Shown here piece by piece: positions 17,148 through 25,692 of a DNA stretch of 32,000 bases. The stretch comes from Candidatus Saganbacteria bacterium (lineage in GTDB: Bacteria; Margulisbacteria; WOR-1; JAKLHX01), in assembly GCA_026387835.1 (NCBI GenBank), contig JAPLKZ010000013.1, positions 120,001 to 152,000 on the forward strand. The letters run 5' to 3'. The notes beneath the pieces are model-generated. The model searched no databases. It was given only the letters and a program-made list of their open reading frames with translations, and was not told the DNA's origin. Position numbers and translations under genes: made by a program. Each line of letters begins with the position of its first letter. Within the stretch, counting starts at the first letter, position 1.

Positions 17148-17163
17148 TAAAAAGGAGTGATCG

Positions 17164-18771
17164 ATGGGAGAGGCCAGAGCCCCGGGAAGAATGTCGGACA
17201 CTAACAGGAATCTTATTATTTCGACTTCTGTTGTAGTGGTCGTTTCGCTTATAGTCCTGCTGGTGTTCTTCAGGTCGTGCGGCTTGTACGACAGGAATGC
17301 AGGTTATAAAGTTATCTACTCCAATCTCGACTTGAAAGATGCCGCGAACGTCGTCACCGTCCTTAAGGTCATGAAGATACCTTACCAGATAAGGGATGAC
17401 GGCCGTACTGTAGCGGTCCCGAAAGACAAGGCCGATGACGCGAAGCTGGGTCTCGCGGAAAAAAATCTGCCTACGGGCGGGTCGGTAGGATGGGAGATAT
17501 TTGACCAGTCAAAGCTGGGGACCACCGATTTTGACCGAAGGGTACAGTTTGTAAGAGCGATTTCGGGAGAGCTTGCGAGGACGATAATGAGGATAGATGC
17601 GGTACTGGATGCAAGGGTGCAGATAGTCATTCCTCAAACCTCACTTTTTGAGGTGGCAAAAGCTCCTGTCACGGCTTCAGTCCTGCTGCAGCTTCGTACC
17701 GGAAGAAAGATTTCCCGCGAGCAGGTTAACGGGATAGTATACCTTGTCGCGAGCAGCGTGGAAAATCTAAGACCGGAAAACGTCATAATAGTCGATATCT
17801 ACGGCAACATCTTAAGCGGCCCCGGTGTGGGTTCCGTGGAAGCCAATGTCGTCGCCTCGCCTGTCACAGAGCAGATGTATATCGCCCCGACACAAGAAGT
17901 TGCGGAAAAAGCTCCGGTAAAAGAGATCTTGATCTCAAAGACCGTGCCCACAGGAATAAAAGAGACGGCAGCCATAGCTCAGCTCGCCGCCACAAAAGAG
18001 ACAGAGACCATTTCTTTGCCGCAGAAGAAACTGACCGTCGAAGAGAAAGTGGTCGTGAAGTTCAAGGCAAAGGAAGAATTCGAGAACATGCTCTCCAGCA
18101 AGGTCCAGAAAGTTGTGAATAATTTTTATCCGCCGAACAGCATCCTGGTGAAAGTAAATGTCGACCTGGCGGAATATAAAGAAAGCCCGAAAAAACACAC
18201 TGCAACTGCGGTAAAAGCAAAAAAACATGTCATTTCCAGCATGGAGAACGGCAAAAAACCAGTCCCGTCAAAAATGTTGACGGAAGATAATATCAAGAAG
18301 ATGACCGTCATAGTCCTTGTGGACAACAGGTTCAATCTTACAAAACAGCAAAAAAAGACTACTTATGAGATGATAGGCAACGCGATTTCATACCACCCCA
18401 GCAGGGGGGACAGGATCATTTTAAGGCAGGTCCCGTTCCATTATGCTACAGCCTTTCAGCCGGGAATGATGCAAAAAGGATCTGCATCTAAGATGGAAAG
18501 TAAGAGATCACTTCCGGAAAAAATGATCTCACTACTCGGCCAAAACACTGCGGTGTCAGTTTTGGCGGCGTTGTTTATCTTCCTTTTGGCGGTGCTGGCC
18601 GCGAGGACATTTTCGAGAAGAAGGTCTTTGGAACAGGAAGCCGAGGAGATGAGCGAACCGGATGAAAGAATGAGGACAGCTTCTTCGGCGATAGAGCAGA
18701 TAAGGACAGTGGTCGCGCAGTCTCCAGACCGCGTGGCGGAGCTCATGAAAAACTGGCTGAGCGAAAAATAA
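17164..18771 (+). CDS. fliF: Flagellar MS-ring protein FliF
   Basis: 535 aa. N-terminal TM segment, YscJ/FliF block (YKVIYSNLDLKDAANVVTVLKVMKIPYQI...GGSVGWEIFD...TDFDRRVQFVRAISGELARTI), a second TM near the C-terminus, and a C-terminal FliG-binding tail (SPDRVAELMKNWLSE). Confidence 0.9.
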   Translation: MGEARAPGRMSDTNRNLIISTSVVVVVSLIVLLVFFRSCGLYDRNAGYKVIYSNLDLKDAANVVTVLKVMKIPYQIRDDGRTVAVPKDKADDAKLGLAEKNLPTGGSVGWEIFDQSKLGTTDFDRRVQFVRAISGELARTIMRIDAVLDARVQIVIPQTSLFEVAKAPVTASVLLQLRTGRKISREQVNGIVYLVASSVENLRPENVIIVDIYGNILSGPGVGSVEANVVASPVTEQMYIAPTQEVAEKAPVKEILISKTVPTGIKETAAIAQLAATKETETISLPQKKLTVEEKVVVKFKAKEEFENMLSSKVQKVVNNFYPPNSILVKVNVDLAEYKESPKKHTATAVKAKKHVISSMENGKKPVPSKMLTEDNIKKMTVIVLVDNRFNLTKQQKKTTYEMIGNAISYHPSRGDRIILRQVPFHYATAFQPGMMQKGSASKMESKRSLPEKMISLLGQNTAVSVLAALFIFLLAVLAARTFSRRRSLEQEAEEMSEPDERMRTASSAIEQIRTVVAQSPDRVAELMKNWLSEK

Positions 18772-18784
18772 TGACGGAGTCAAA

Positions 18785-19318
18785 ATGGTCTTAACTGGAA
18801 GAGAAAAAGCGACGATATTGTTATCGTTATTGGGCGCCGACCTGTCGGCGCAGATACTGAGAAGCCTGCCTCCCGATATGGCGGACCTTATTGCTTCGGG
18901 AATAAACAATCTTCCGAACCCGTCTTCGGATGTAATATCGTCCGTACTCGAAGAGTTCGCGTCTTTTATTGCTCTTCCGGATGCTTCTCAAAAGAGAGGG
19001 ATCGAACAGCAGGCATCTGCCAGGAGCACTCAGGCACCGCCAAAAGCGAACAGAAGCCCGTACGACACCCTTTTTTATTCCAAACCGAAAAAAGTGGCCA
19101 TGGCACTTTCAGCAGAAAGATCGTCCGTCACTGCGTTCGTAATGTCGATGCTCCCGGCCGTGCAGGCAAGGGATGTTTTGGCATTCATGCCGGACAGGAA
19201 AAATGAGATCGAAGATATCATGAGAGACCTAAGGCAGACCCCGATGTCAGAAAAGGTCAAGGAAGACGTAATCGCGATACTGGCTGAACGGATCGAAAGG
19301 ATGTATTCGGAAGGTTAA
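18785..19318 (+). CDS. fliG: FliG-like rotor/switch protein, truncated form (N-terminal plus middle ARM domain only)
   Basis: 177 aa, against ~330 aa for canonical FliG. LTGREKATILLSLLGADLSAQILRSLPPDMADLIASGINNLPNPSSDVISSVLEEF aligns by eye to FliG_N. KVAMALSAERSSVTAFVMSMLPAVQARDVLAFMPDRKNEIEDIMRDLRQTPMSEKVKEDVIAILAERI aligns to FliG_M. The protein then stops 5 nt before fliH. It occupies the canonical fliF-fliG-fliH slot. Confidence 0.65.
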   Translation: MVLTGREKATILLSLLGADLSAQILRSLPPDMADLIASGINNLPNPSSDVISSVLEEFASFIALPDASQKRGIEQQASARSTQAPPKANRSPYDTLFYSKPKKVAMALSAERSSVTAFVMSMLPAVQARDVLAFMPDRKNEIEDIMRDLRQTPMSEKVKEDVIAILAERIERMYSEG

Positions 19319-19323
19319 ATATT

Positions 19324-20070
19324 ATGGCATTGATAAAAAGATCGCAAGTCATTGAAAGAGGTTGTATAGACCTGAAGACAGAGGTCCCTGCCATCAGGCA
19401 GCAGCCGTCGGCCGATTTTTCCGGGGAAGAAGCGCAGGCTTTTGAAGAGATAAAAGAAGAGATCGTTTCTCATACAGTGGATGAAGCTTATGAAAAAACA
19501 GGGGAGATAATCGCCCAGGCCCAGGCAGAGGCCAAAGAGCTATTAAAAAAGGCCAATCAAGAGGCGGAGACCCTGTTCTTAAGGACAAAGGAAGAAGCGG
19601 TGCAGGCGGGCAAGGCCGAAGGCGAAGCCAGCGTGAGCGAGAACATAACCGCTTCGCTTGAGACACTGAACAACGCGATAAAGGAAAGAAAAAGGATCAT
19701 CAAGGATTCGGAAGGGGAGATCCTGCGGCTTTCACTGAAGATAGCGGAACAGGTGATAAGAAGCGAAGTGTCGCTGCACAAGGATGTGGTGATGAACATC
19801 GTGGCCGAGGCGGTGAACAAGGTCAGCGACAGGGAGAATGTAATAATAAAGGTCAACAGGGAAGATGCCGAGCATATAAAAAAATACAAGGACAGGCTGT
19901 CAGGGATAGTGGATGGCGTGAAAAACCTTTCTATAATAGAAGACAGCCAGGTAGAACCCGGAGGCTGTGTTATCGAGACGAATCTCGGGTTTGTCGACGC
20001 GCGCGTCAGCACAAAACTCTCGCTGATAGAGCAATCGCTTATGAAGGCGCAGGCAAGTGTCACAGAATAA
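19324..20070 (+). CDS. fliH: Flagellar export ATPase regulator FliH
   Basis: 248 aa. Charged coiled-coil N-terminal half, then a FliH/YscL-type C-terminal domain ([17 protein letters not shown]...[12 protein letters not shown]...[20 protein letters not shown]). Lies between fliG and fliI. Confidence 0.75.
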   Translation: MALIKRSQVIERGCIDLKTEVPAIRQQPSADFSGEEAQAFEEIKEEIVSHTVDEAYEKTGEIIAQAQAEAKELLKKANQEAETLFLRTKEEAVQAGKAEGEASVSENITASLETLNNAIKERKRIIKDSEGEILRLSLKIAEQVIRSEVSLHKDVVMNIVAEAVNKVSDRENVIIKVNREDAEHIKKYKDRLSGIVDGVKNLSIIEDSQVEPGGCVIETNLGFVDARVSTKLSLIEQSLMKAQASVTE

Positions 20071-21406
20071 TTCTCTCCAGGAAAACACTTCTTTGATAGA
20101 TTTTGAAAAATACCACAAAGCCGTAGAACGTTCCGAAGGAATAAGGGTCATCGGAAAGGTCATCCAGGTCGTCGGATTGATCCTTGAGGCGCAGGTGCAG
20201 GGGGTCTCAATAGGAGACCTCTGTATCATCAGGCTGAATAAGGGAAACGCCGATGACATCAGGTATGGGGAGGTCGTCGGATTCAAGGAAGGAAGGGTCC
20301 TTCTGATGCCGCTCGGCACGACCACGGGGATATCTCCGGGTTCCGAAGTCCTTGCCGCGGGACATCCTCTGATGGTAAAAGTAGGCCAAGGGCTTTTGGG
20401 CAGGGTGCTCGGAGGTCTGGGAGAGCCTATTGATGATAAAGGCCCTTTGATAACCGAAGAAGAAAGGCCTCTTGACGCCGATCCTCCGGACCCGGTGAAA
20501 AGACCGAGGGTGACGGAAATAATCAGGGCCGGGATCCGGGCGATAGACGGGCTGCTTACTTTGGGAAGAGGGCAAAGGATCGGGATCTTTGCCGGTTCAG
20601 GAGTGGGTAAATCGACGTTGATGGGCATGCTCGCGAGGAACGCGGAAGCGGATGTAAACGTCATAGCGCTCATCGGAGAGCGCGGAAGAGAAGTAAGGGA
20701 TTTTATCGAGGAATCGCTGGGAGAAGAGGGCCTGAAAAAATCCGTCGTAGTGGTGGCGACATCGGACCAGCCGCCTCTGGTCAGGCTAAAAGCGTCTTTT
20801 GTGGCTACGGCTATAGCGGAATATTTCAGGGACCAGGACAAAAAGGTCATCTTCATGATGGATTCGGTGACGCGCTTTGCGTACGCGCAAAGGGACGTGG
20901 GGCTGGCGTCCGGAGAGCCTCCCACGACGAGAGGTTATACTCCGTCGGTCTTTGCGATGCTGCCGAGGCTTATGGAAAGGTCAGGCACGGCGGAGATAGG
21001 TTCCATCACCGGACTTTACACCATACTTGTCGAAGGAGATGATTTCAACGAACCTATAGCCGATCAGTCAAGGAGCATTCTTGACGGCCATATAATACTG
21101 TCCAGGGCGCTTGCGGCAAAGAACCATTATCCGGCGATAGATGTGCTTCCGAGCGTGAGCCGGTTGATGTCTAACCTTGTTTCGGATGAGCACAAAGAAG
21201 CGGCCGGAAAGCTCAGGGAGGTTCTGGCGCGCTACAGCGAAGCCGAAGACCTCATCAATATCGGTGCTTATGTAAAAGGGTCCAACCCGAAGATCGACGA
21301 GGCGATCGCAAAGATCGACGCGGTCAACGAATTCCTCAAACAGGGCACTTTTGAACAGGTAATGTTCGAGGACATGCTTGACCAGCTCCTTTCAATATTT
21401 TACTGA
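20057..21406 (+). CDS. fliI: Flagellum-specific type III export ATPase FliI
   Basis: 449 aa with a GTG start overlapping fliH by 14 nt. Walker [10 protein letters not shown], Walker [14 protein letters not shown], and F1/T3SS ATPase blocks ([32 protein letters not shown]....YPAIDVL.S.SR). Confidence 0.95.
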   Translation: MSQNNSLQENTSLIDFEKYHKAVERSEGIRVIGKVIQVVGLILEAQVQGVSIGDLCIIRLNKGNADDIRYGEVVGFKEGRVLLMPLGTTTGISPGSEVLAAGHPLMVKVGQGLLGRVLGGLGEPIDDKGPLITEEERPLDADPPDPVKRPRVTEIIRAGIRAIDGLLTLGRGQRIGIFAGSGVGKSTLMGMLARNAEADVNVIALIGERGREVRDFIEESLGEEGLKKSVVVVATSDQPPLVRLKASFVATAIAEYFRDQDKKVIFMMDSVTRFAYAQRDVGLASGEPPTTRGYTPSVFAMLPRLMERSGTAEIGSITGLYTILVEGDDFNEPIADQSRSILDGHIILSRALAAKNHYPAIDVLPSVSRLMSNLVSDEHKEAAGKLREVLARYSEAEDLINIGAYVKGSNPKIDEAIAKIDAVNEFLKQGTFEQVMFEDMLDQLLSIFY

Positions 21407-21412
21407 TACAAT
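21404..21412 (+). promoter_or_regulatory. Extended -10-like element TGATACAAT, 6 nt upstream of the SD-less glyS ATG (overlaps the fliI stop codon)
   Basis: Read directly. It could equally be a chance AT-rich junction, with glyS translated by termination-reinitiation after fliI. Confidence 0.2.
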
Positions 21413-21418
21413 ATAATT

Positions 21419-23473
21419 ATGGCAAAGACCAACTTTTTACTTGAGATAGGAGTGGAGGAAGTGCCGGCAAGGTTCCTTGACGGGGTGCTTCAAAGCCTCT
21501 GCGAAAACGTAAAAAAGGCGCTCGAAGAACGCCGCGTCGGCTTTGACGCGATACAAGTTTGCGGGACGATGAAAAGGCTGGTGCTTTTTGTCGAAGGCAT
21601 TTTGGAAAAACAGCAGGACATGATGTCCGAAGTTAAAGGCCCGCCCAAGAAGATCGCGTTCAACCCGGACGGCACAGCCACAAAAGCCGCTTTGGGATTT
21701 GCCGCTTCGCAGGACCTAAAACCAAAAGACCTTATTGTCAGGCAGACAAATGAAGGAGAGTATGTTTATGCCGTCAGGAACGAAAAAGGCATCAGCACTA
21801 AGAAAGTGCTTACAGACGTTATCCCGAAGGCAATACTCTCCATCCACCTGCCGATATCGATGAAATGGCAGGACGGCGACATTTCTTTCATAAGGCCCAT
21901 ACATTATATTATGGCGTTCCTGGGCAAAGACCCGGTGAGATTTTCGGTAGGAAAAATATCCGCGTCAGACAAGACTTTGGGACACAGGTTTTTGTCGGAC
22001 TCTGTGATGCACGCCTATAATGGCGGCGCCGATCTGCAAAAATTCGAAGAATTTCTTGAAAAACTCGGGGTCATGCTGGACCGGGAAAAAAGAAAAAGCC
22101 GGATAATCAAGGGCATAAAAAACCACGAGGAACGGACCAAGGAAAAAATATTCGCGGATGAAGACCTGATAAATGAAGTCTCAAATATCGTCGAATATCC
22201 GCAGGTGCTTGAAGGCAAGTTCGACAGGCAGTTCATAATGGTCCTGCCGCAGGACGTGATCTATACGGTCGTGAAGAATCAGCAAAAATGCTTCCCTGCG
22301 CAGCAGAGCGGGTCCTTTTTGATCGTTGCCGACGGCGTGAAAGAGAAAGAGATAATATCAGGTTACGAGCAGGTCGTGAACGCGAGGCTGCACGATGCCA
22401 AATTCTTTTATGACGAGGACGTGAAGATACCGCTCGACAAGAACATCGAGAAGATGAAGAAGATCGTCTACCACGAAAAGATAGGGAGCATGTGGGACAA
22501 GACACGTAGGATCGTAAAACTATCCTGCTGGCTTGCGGCTCAGCTCACCGATAACAAGGAGACGATCGCCCAGGTAGAGAGGGCCGCGGAGCTTTCAAAA
22601 GCCGACCTTGCAACGCATATGGTCGGCGAGTTCTCCAGCCTTGCCGGTGCGATGGGCAGGGAATACAGTCTTGTTGCCGGTGAGGATATTCGGATAAGCC
22701 GCGCGATATATGAACATTATCTTCCCAGGTTCGCGGGCGATGCGGTCCCTACGGAGGTCCAGGGAGCGGTAATAGGGATAGCCGACCGGATGGATTCGAT
22801 CGCATCCTGTTTCGCGGCGGATATTATCCCGACCGGGTCGGTAGACCCGTACGGGTTGAGAAGGGCGGCATCAGGCATCGTCTCCATAATGATGAAAAAA
22901 AACATCGGGATACCGCTTTCAAAGCTGGCCGAAAAAAGCATGGAGATCCTGAATATATCGGATGCCGGCAAAAAAGGCAGGATCATTGATTTCATAAAAC
23001 AAAGGTTAAAAGTCGTGCTTGAAGGGGAAGGTGTCAGATATGATGTCTGTGATAGTGTCCTTGCGATCTCGGACGATCTCATCCCCGCGTACTGCAAGGC
23101 GTTCGAAATAATGAAAGCACTTGAAGATGCCTGGTTAAAGGCAGTGATCCTTGCTGCGGACAGGATAAACAGGATCGTCGGGGACGCCAAGACTTCAAAT
23201 ATCGATACCGAAGCATTCACGCAGAGTGAGGAAAGGGAACTTTACAGGAACTATTGCCAGATAAAAGATATTGTAAAGGAACATCTTTCGGGAAAAGAAT
23301 ATGCCAAGGCCCTTTTTGACTATAAGGTCATGACAAGGCCGGTCGACGTGTTCTTTGAAAAAGTCCTTGTGATGCACCAGGATGATAAGGTCAGGGCTAA
23401 CCGCCTGGCGCTTTTAAACGGTGTAAAAAGTCTCTATATGATGTTCGCTGATTTTTCAAAGATCGTTATTTAA
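21419..23473 (+). CDS. glyS: Glycine--tRNA ligase beta subunit
   Basis: 684 aa. MAKTNFLLEIGVEEVPARF is the canonical GlyS N-terminus. Further GlyS blocks are present (FIRPIHYI, LGHRF, the HD-like region, and the C-terminal anticodon-binding region with ANRLALL). Confidence 0.95.
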   Translation: MAKTNFLLEIGVEEVPARFLDGVLQSLCENVKKALEERRVGFDAIQVCGTMKRLVLFVEGILEKQQDMMSEVKGPPKKIAFNPDGTATKAALGFAASQDLKPKDLIVRQTNEGEYVYAVRNEKGISTKKVLTDVIPKAILSIHLPISMKWQDGDISFIRPIHYIMAFLGKDPVRFSVGKISASDKTLGHRFLSDSVMHAYNGGADLQKFEEFLEKLGVMLDREKRKSRIIKGIKNHEERTKEKIFADEDLINEVSNIVEYPQVLEGKFDRQFIMVLPQDVIYTVVKNQQKCFPAQQSGSFLIVADGVKEKEIISGYEQVVNARLHDAKFFYDEDVKIPLDKNIEKMKKIVYHEKIGSMWDKTRRIVKLSCWLAAQLTDNKETIAQVERAAELSKADLATHMVGEFSSLAGAMGREYSLVAGEDIRISRAIYEHYLPRFAGDAVPTEVQGAVIGIADRMDSIASCFAADIIPTGSVDPYGLRRAASGIVSIMMKKNIGIPLSKLAEKSMEILNISDAGKKGRIIDFIKQRLKVVLEGEGVRYDVCDSVLAISDDLIPAYCKAFEIMKALEDAWLKAVILAADRINRIVGDAKTSNIDTEAFTQSEERELYRNYCQIKDIVKEHLSGKEYAKALFDYKVMTRPVDVFFEKVLVMHQDDKVRANRLALLNGVKSLYMMFADFSKIVI

Positions 23474-23488
23474 ATTGGGAGAACAAAA

Positions 23489-24754
23489 GTGAAGATGAAA
23501 AACCTGCTTATACCGACACTGCGGGAAGATCCTTCCGAAGCCGAGGTGATAAGCCACCGCCTGATGCTGAGGGCCGGTTATATCAGAAAGCTTGCGGCAG
23601 GCATCTATTCATACCTTCCCCTGATGAACAGGGTGCTAAAAAAGATAGAAAAGATCATCAGGCGCGAAATGGACGCGGCCGGAGCTCAGGAGCTGCTTTT
23701 GCCGGCGGTCCAGCCGGCGGAGCTCTGGCAGGAAACGGGAAGATGGGATATCTACGGCAAAGAACTTATGAGGATAAAGGACCGCCACGAGCGGGACTTC
23801 TGCCTGGGCCCGACGCATGAAGAAGTCATCACCGACCTTGTAAGGAACAACATCTCTTCTTACAAACAGCTTCCCGTCATGCTCTACCAGATACAGACCA
23901 AATTCCGCGACGAGATAAGGCCGAGGTTCGGGCTCATGCGAGGGAGAGAGTTCATAATGAAGGACTGCTACAGCTTTGACAGGGACCAGAAAGGGCTGGA
24001 TGAGAGCTACAAAAAGATGAACAAAGCGTACTGCAACATATTTGACCGCTGCGGCCTGCGTTACCGTGTCGTTGAGGCGGATCCCGGAGCTATCGGAGGA
24101 GGATTTTCCCAGGAATTCATGGTGCTTGCAAATACCGGAGAGGACGAGATCGTTTATTGCAGCGACTGTTCTTTTGCGGTCTCCAAGGCTTTGTCAAATA
24201 TCGAATCAGACAATTCCTGCCCAAGATGTTCAAAAGGCGTGCTTAAGATAGAAAGAGGCATCGAGGTCGGGCACATATTCCAGCTCGGCACAAAATATTC
24301 CGAAAAAATGCAGGCGCTCTATCTTGACGAGGACGGCCTCCGCAAGCCCTATATTATGGGATGCTACGGCATAGGCGTGGGAAGGACCGCCGCGGCAGCC
24401 ATAGAACAAAACCATGACGATAACGGCATCATATGGCCGGTACAGATAGCTCCGTTCCATGTCGCTGTGATCCCGGTAAACACTTCTGACCCGAAACAGA
24501 TCGAAGCAGCGGAAAAGATCTACGGCGTCCTGATAGCAATGGGCATCGAAGCTCTGCTTGATGACAGGGATGAAAGGGCGGGGGTCAAGTTTAAGGACAT
24601 GGACCTGATCGGGATACCGGTCAAGGTGATCATCGGCAAGGCTCTTTCGGACGGGAATGTGGAAATAGTTCTGAGAGCAGGCGGAAAAAAAGAAATAGTC
24701 GCACTGGAGACCGCAGCGGAAGCGGTCAAAAAGGCAGTATCATGTCAGTCCTGA
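23489..24754 (+). CDS. proS: Proline--tRNA ligase, bacterial-type catalytic core without the INS editing domain
   Basis: 421 aa; GTG start at 23489 or ATG at 23495. N-terminus [39 protein letters not shown]. Motif 2 [25 protein letters not shown]. Motif 3 region [27 protein letters not shown], followed by a class II anticodon-binding domain. Confidence 0.92.
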   Translation: MKMKNLLIPTLREDPSEAEVISHRLMLRAGYIRKLAAGIYSYLPLMNRVLKKIEKIIRREMDAAGAQELLLPAVQPAELWQETGRWDIYGKELMRIKDRHERDFCLGPTHEEVITDLVRNNISSYKQLPVMLYQIQTKFRDEIRPRFGLMRGREFIMKDCYSFDRDQKGLDESYKKMNKAYCNIFDRCGLRYRVVEADPGAIGGGFSQEFMVLANTGEDEIVYCSDCSFAVSKALSNIESDNSCPRCSKGVLKIERGIEVGHIFQLGTKYSEKMQALYLDEDGLRKPYIMGCYGIGVGRTAAAAIEQNHDDNGIIWPVQIAPFHVAVIPVNTSDPKQIEAAEKIYGVLIAMGIEALLDDRDERAGVKFKDMDLIGIPVKVIIGKALSDGNVEIVLRAGGKKEIVALETAAEAVKKAVSCQS

Positions 24755-25650
24755 TAGCGGGCACAGTAGCCCTTGACGACCTTAAGACCCCGTTCGGCGA
24801 AAGGAAGAACGTGCTCGGAGGCTCGGCGGTGCATGCAAGCGTTTCCGCCGGTTTTTTTTCACCGGTAAAGCTCCTCAGCATAGTAGGAAGGGATTTCCCG
24901 AAAAGACATCTGGACTTTTTAAGTTCAAGGCGCATAGACCTGAAAGGCCTTAAGATCTCGAAAGGAAAGACTTTCCACTGGGAAGGGTTCTATGAATATG
25001 ACATGAACCAGGCCCATTCGGTCAGGACGGACCTTAATGTGTTGACGCTGTTCGATCACAAGCTCCCCCGGGGATATGAAAAATGCGAATATGTGTTCCT
25101 TGCCAATATCGATCCGGAAATACAGCTCAGGATAATATCACAATTAAAAAAGCCGAAGCTCATCGTCGCGGACACGATGAATTACTGGATATCGAACAAA
25201 CGCAGAGCGCTTGAAAAAGTGATAAAAAAAGTAGATATCATGCTTTTAAACGATATGGAAGCAAGGCAGCTGACGGGTAGTCCCAACCTGATACGCGCCG
25301 CCTCGGACGTGCTTAAAGCCGGGGCAAAGTATGTTATAATAAAAAAAGGAGAGCACGGAGCCCTTCTTTTTTCAAAAAAATCACATTTTTCGGCACCATC
25401 ATACCCGCAGGAAAAATTGACGGACCCGACAGGAGCAGGCGACAGTTTCGCGGGCGGCTTCATAGGTTATCTTGCAAAGAGCGGGGATCTGAGCGGCAGG
25501 AATATGAGGAAAGCCGTGATAGTGGGAACGGTAATGGCGTCCTTTAACGTCGAGGATTTTTCGCTCGACGCTTTAAGGAGATTAAAATACAGAGATATCA
25601 TCGGAAGATTCAAAAAAATAAAGAAATATTCGCATTTTGACGGAATTTAA
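24742..25650 (+). CDS. PfkB/ribokinase-family carbohydrate or nucleoside kinase; substrate not assignable
   Basis: 302 aa. N-terminal GGSAVHAS and the C-terminal signature [17 protein letters not shown]. Overlaps proS by 13 nt. Confidence 0.85.
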   Translation: MSVLIAGTVALDDLKTPFGERKNVLGGSAVHASVSAGFFSPVKLLSIVGRDFPKRHLDFLSSRRIDLKGLKISKGKTFHWEGFYEYDMNQAHSVRTDLNVLTLFDHKLPRGYEKCEYVFLANIDPEIQLRIISQLKKPKLIVADTMNYWISNKRRALEKVIKKVDIMLLNDMEARQLTGSPNLIRAASDVLKAGAKYVIIKKGEHGALLFSKKSHFSAPSYPQEKLTDPTGAGDSFAGGFIGYLAKSGDLSGRNMRKAVIVGTVMASFNVEDFSLDALRRLKYRDIIGRFKKIKKYSHFDGI

Positions 25651-25692
25651 TAGAACTGTTCTGCAAAGCATTAAACCGAAAGGAGCCTAAAA

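Noticed and set aside
19900-20925. 341-aa minus-strand ORF antisense to fliH and fliI
   Set aside because: It is the mirror frame of the highly conserved FliI ATPase. The translation (Ser/Pro/Thr-rich) has no domain signature. It is a stop-poor antisense frame, not a gene.
25652-25662. AGAAC-T-GTTCT palindrome between the PfkB kinase and the aldolase-like gene, superficially like a GAAC/GTTC LexA (Cheo) box
   Set aside because: The spacer is 1 nt rather than 4, the arms are only 5 bp, and such a dyad is expected by chance. There is no SOS-gene context.
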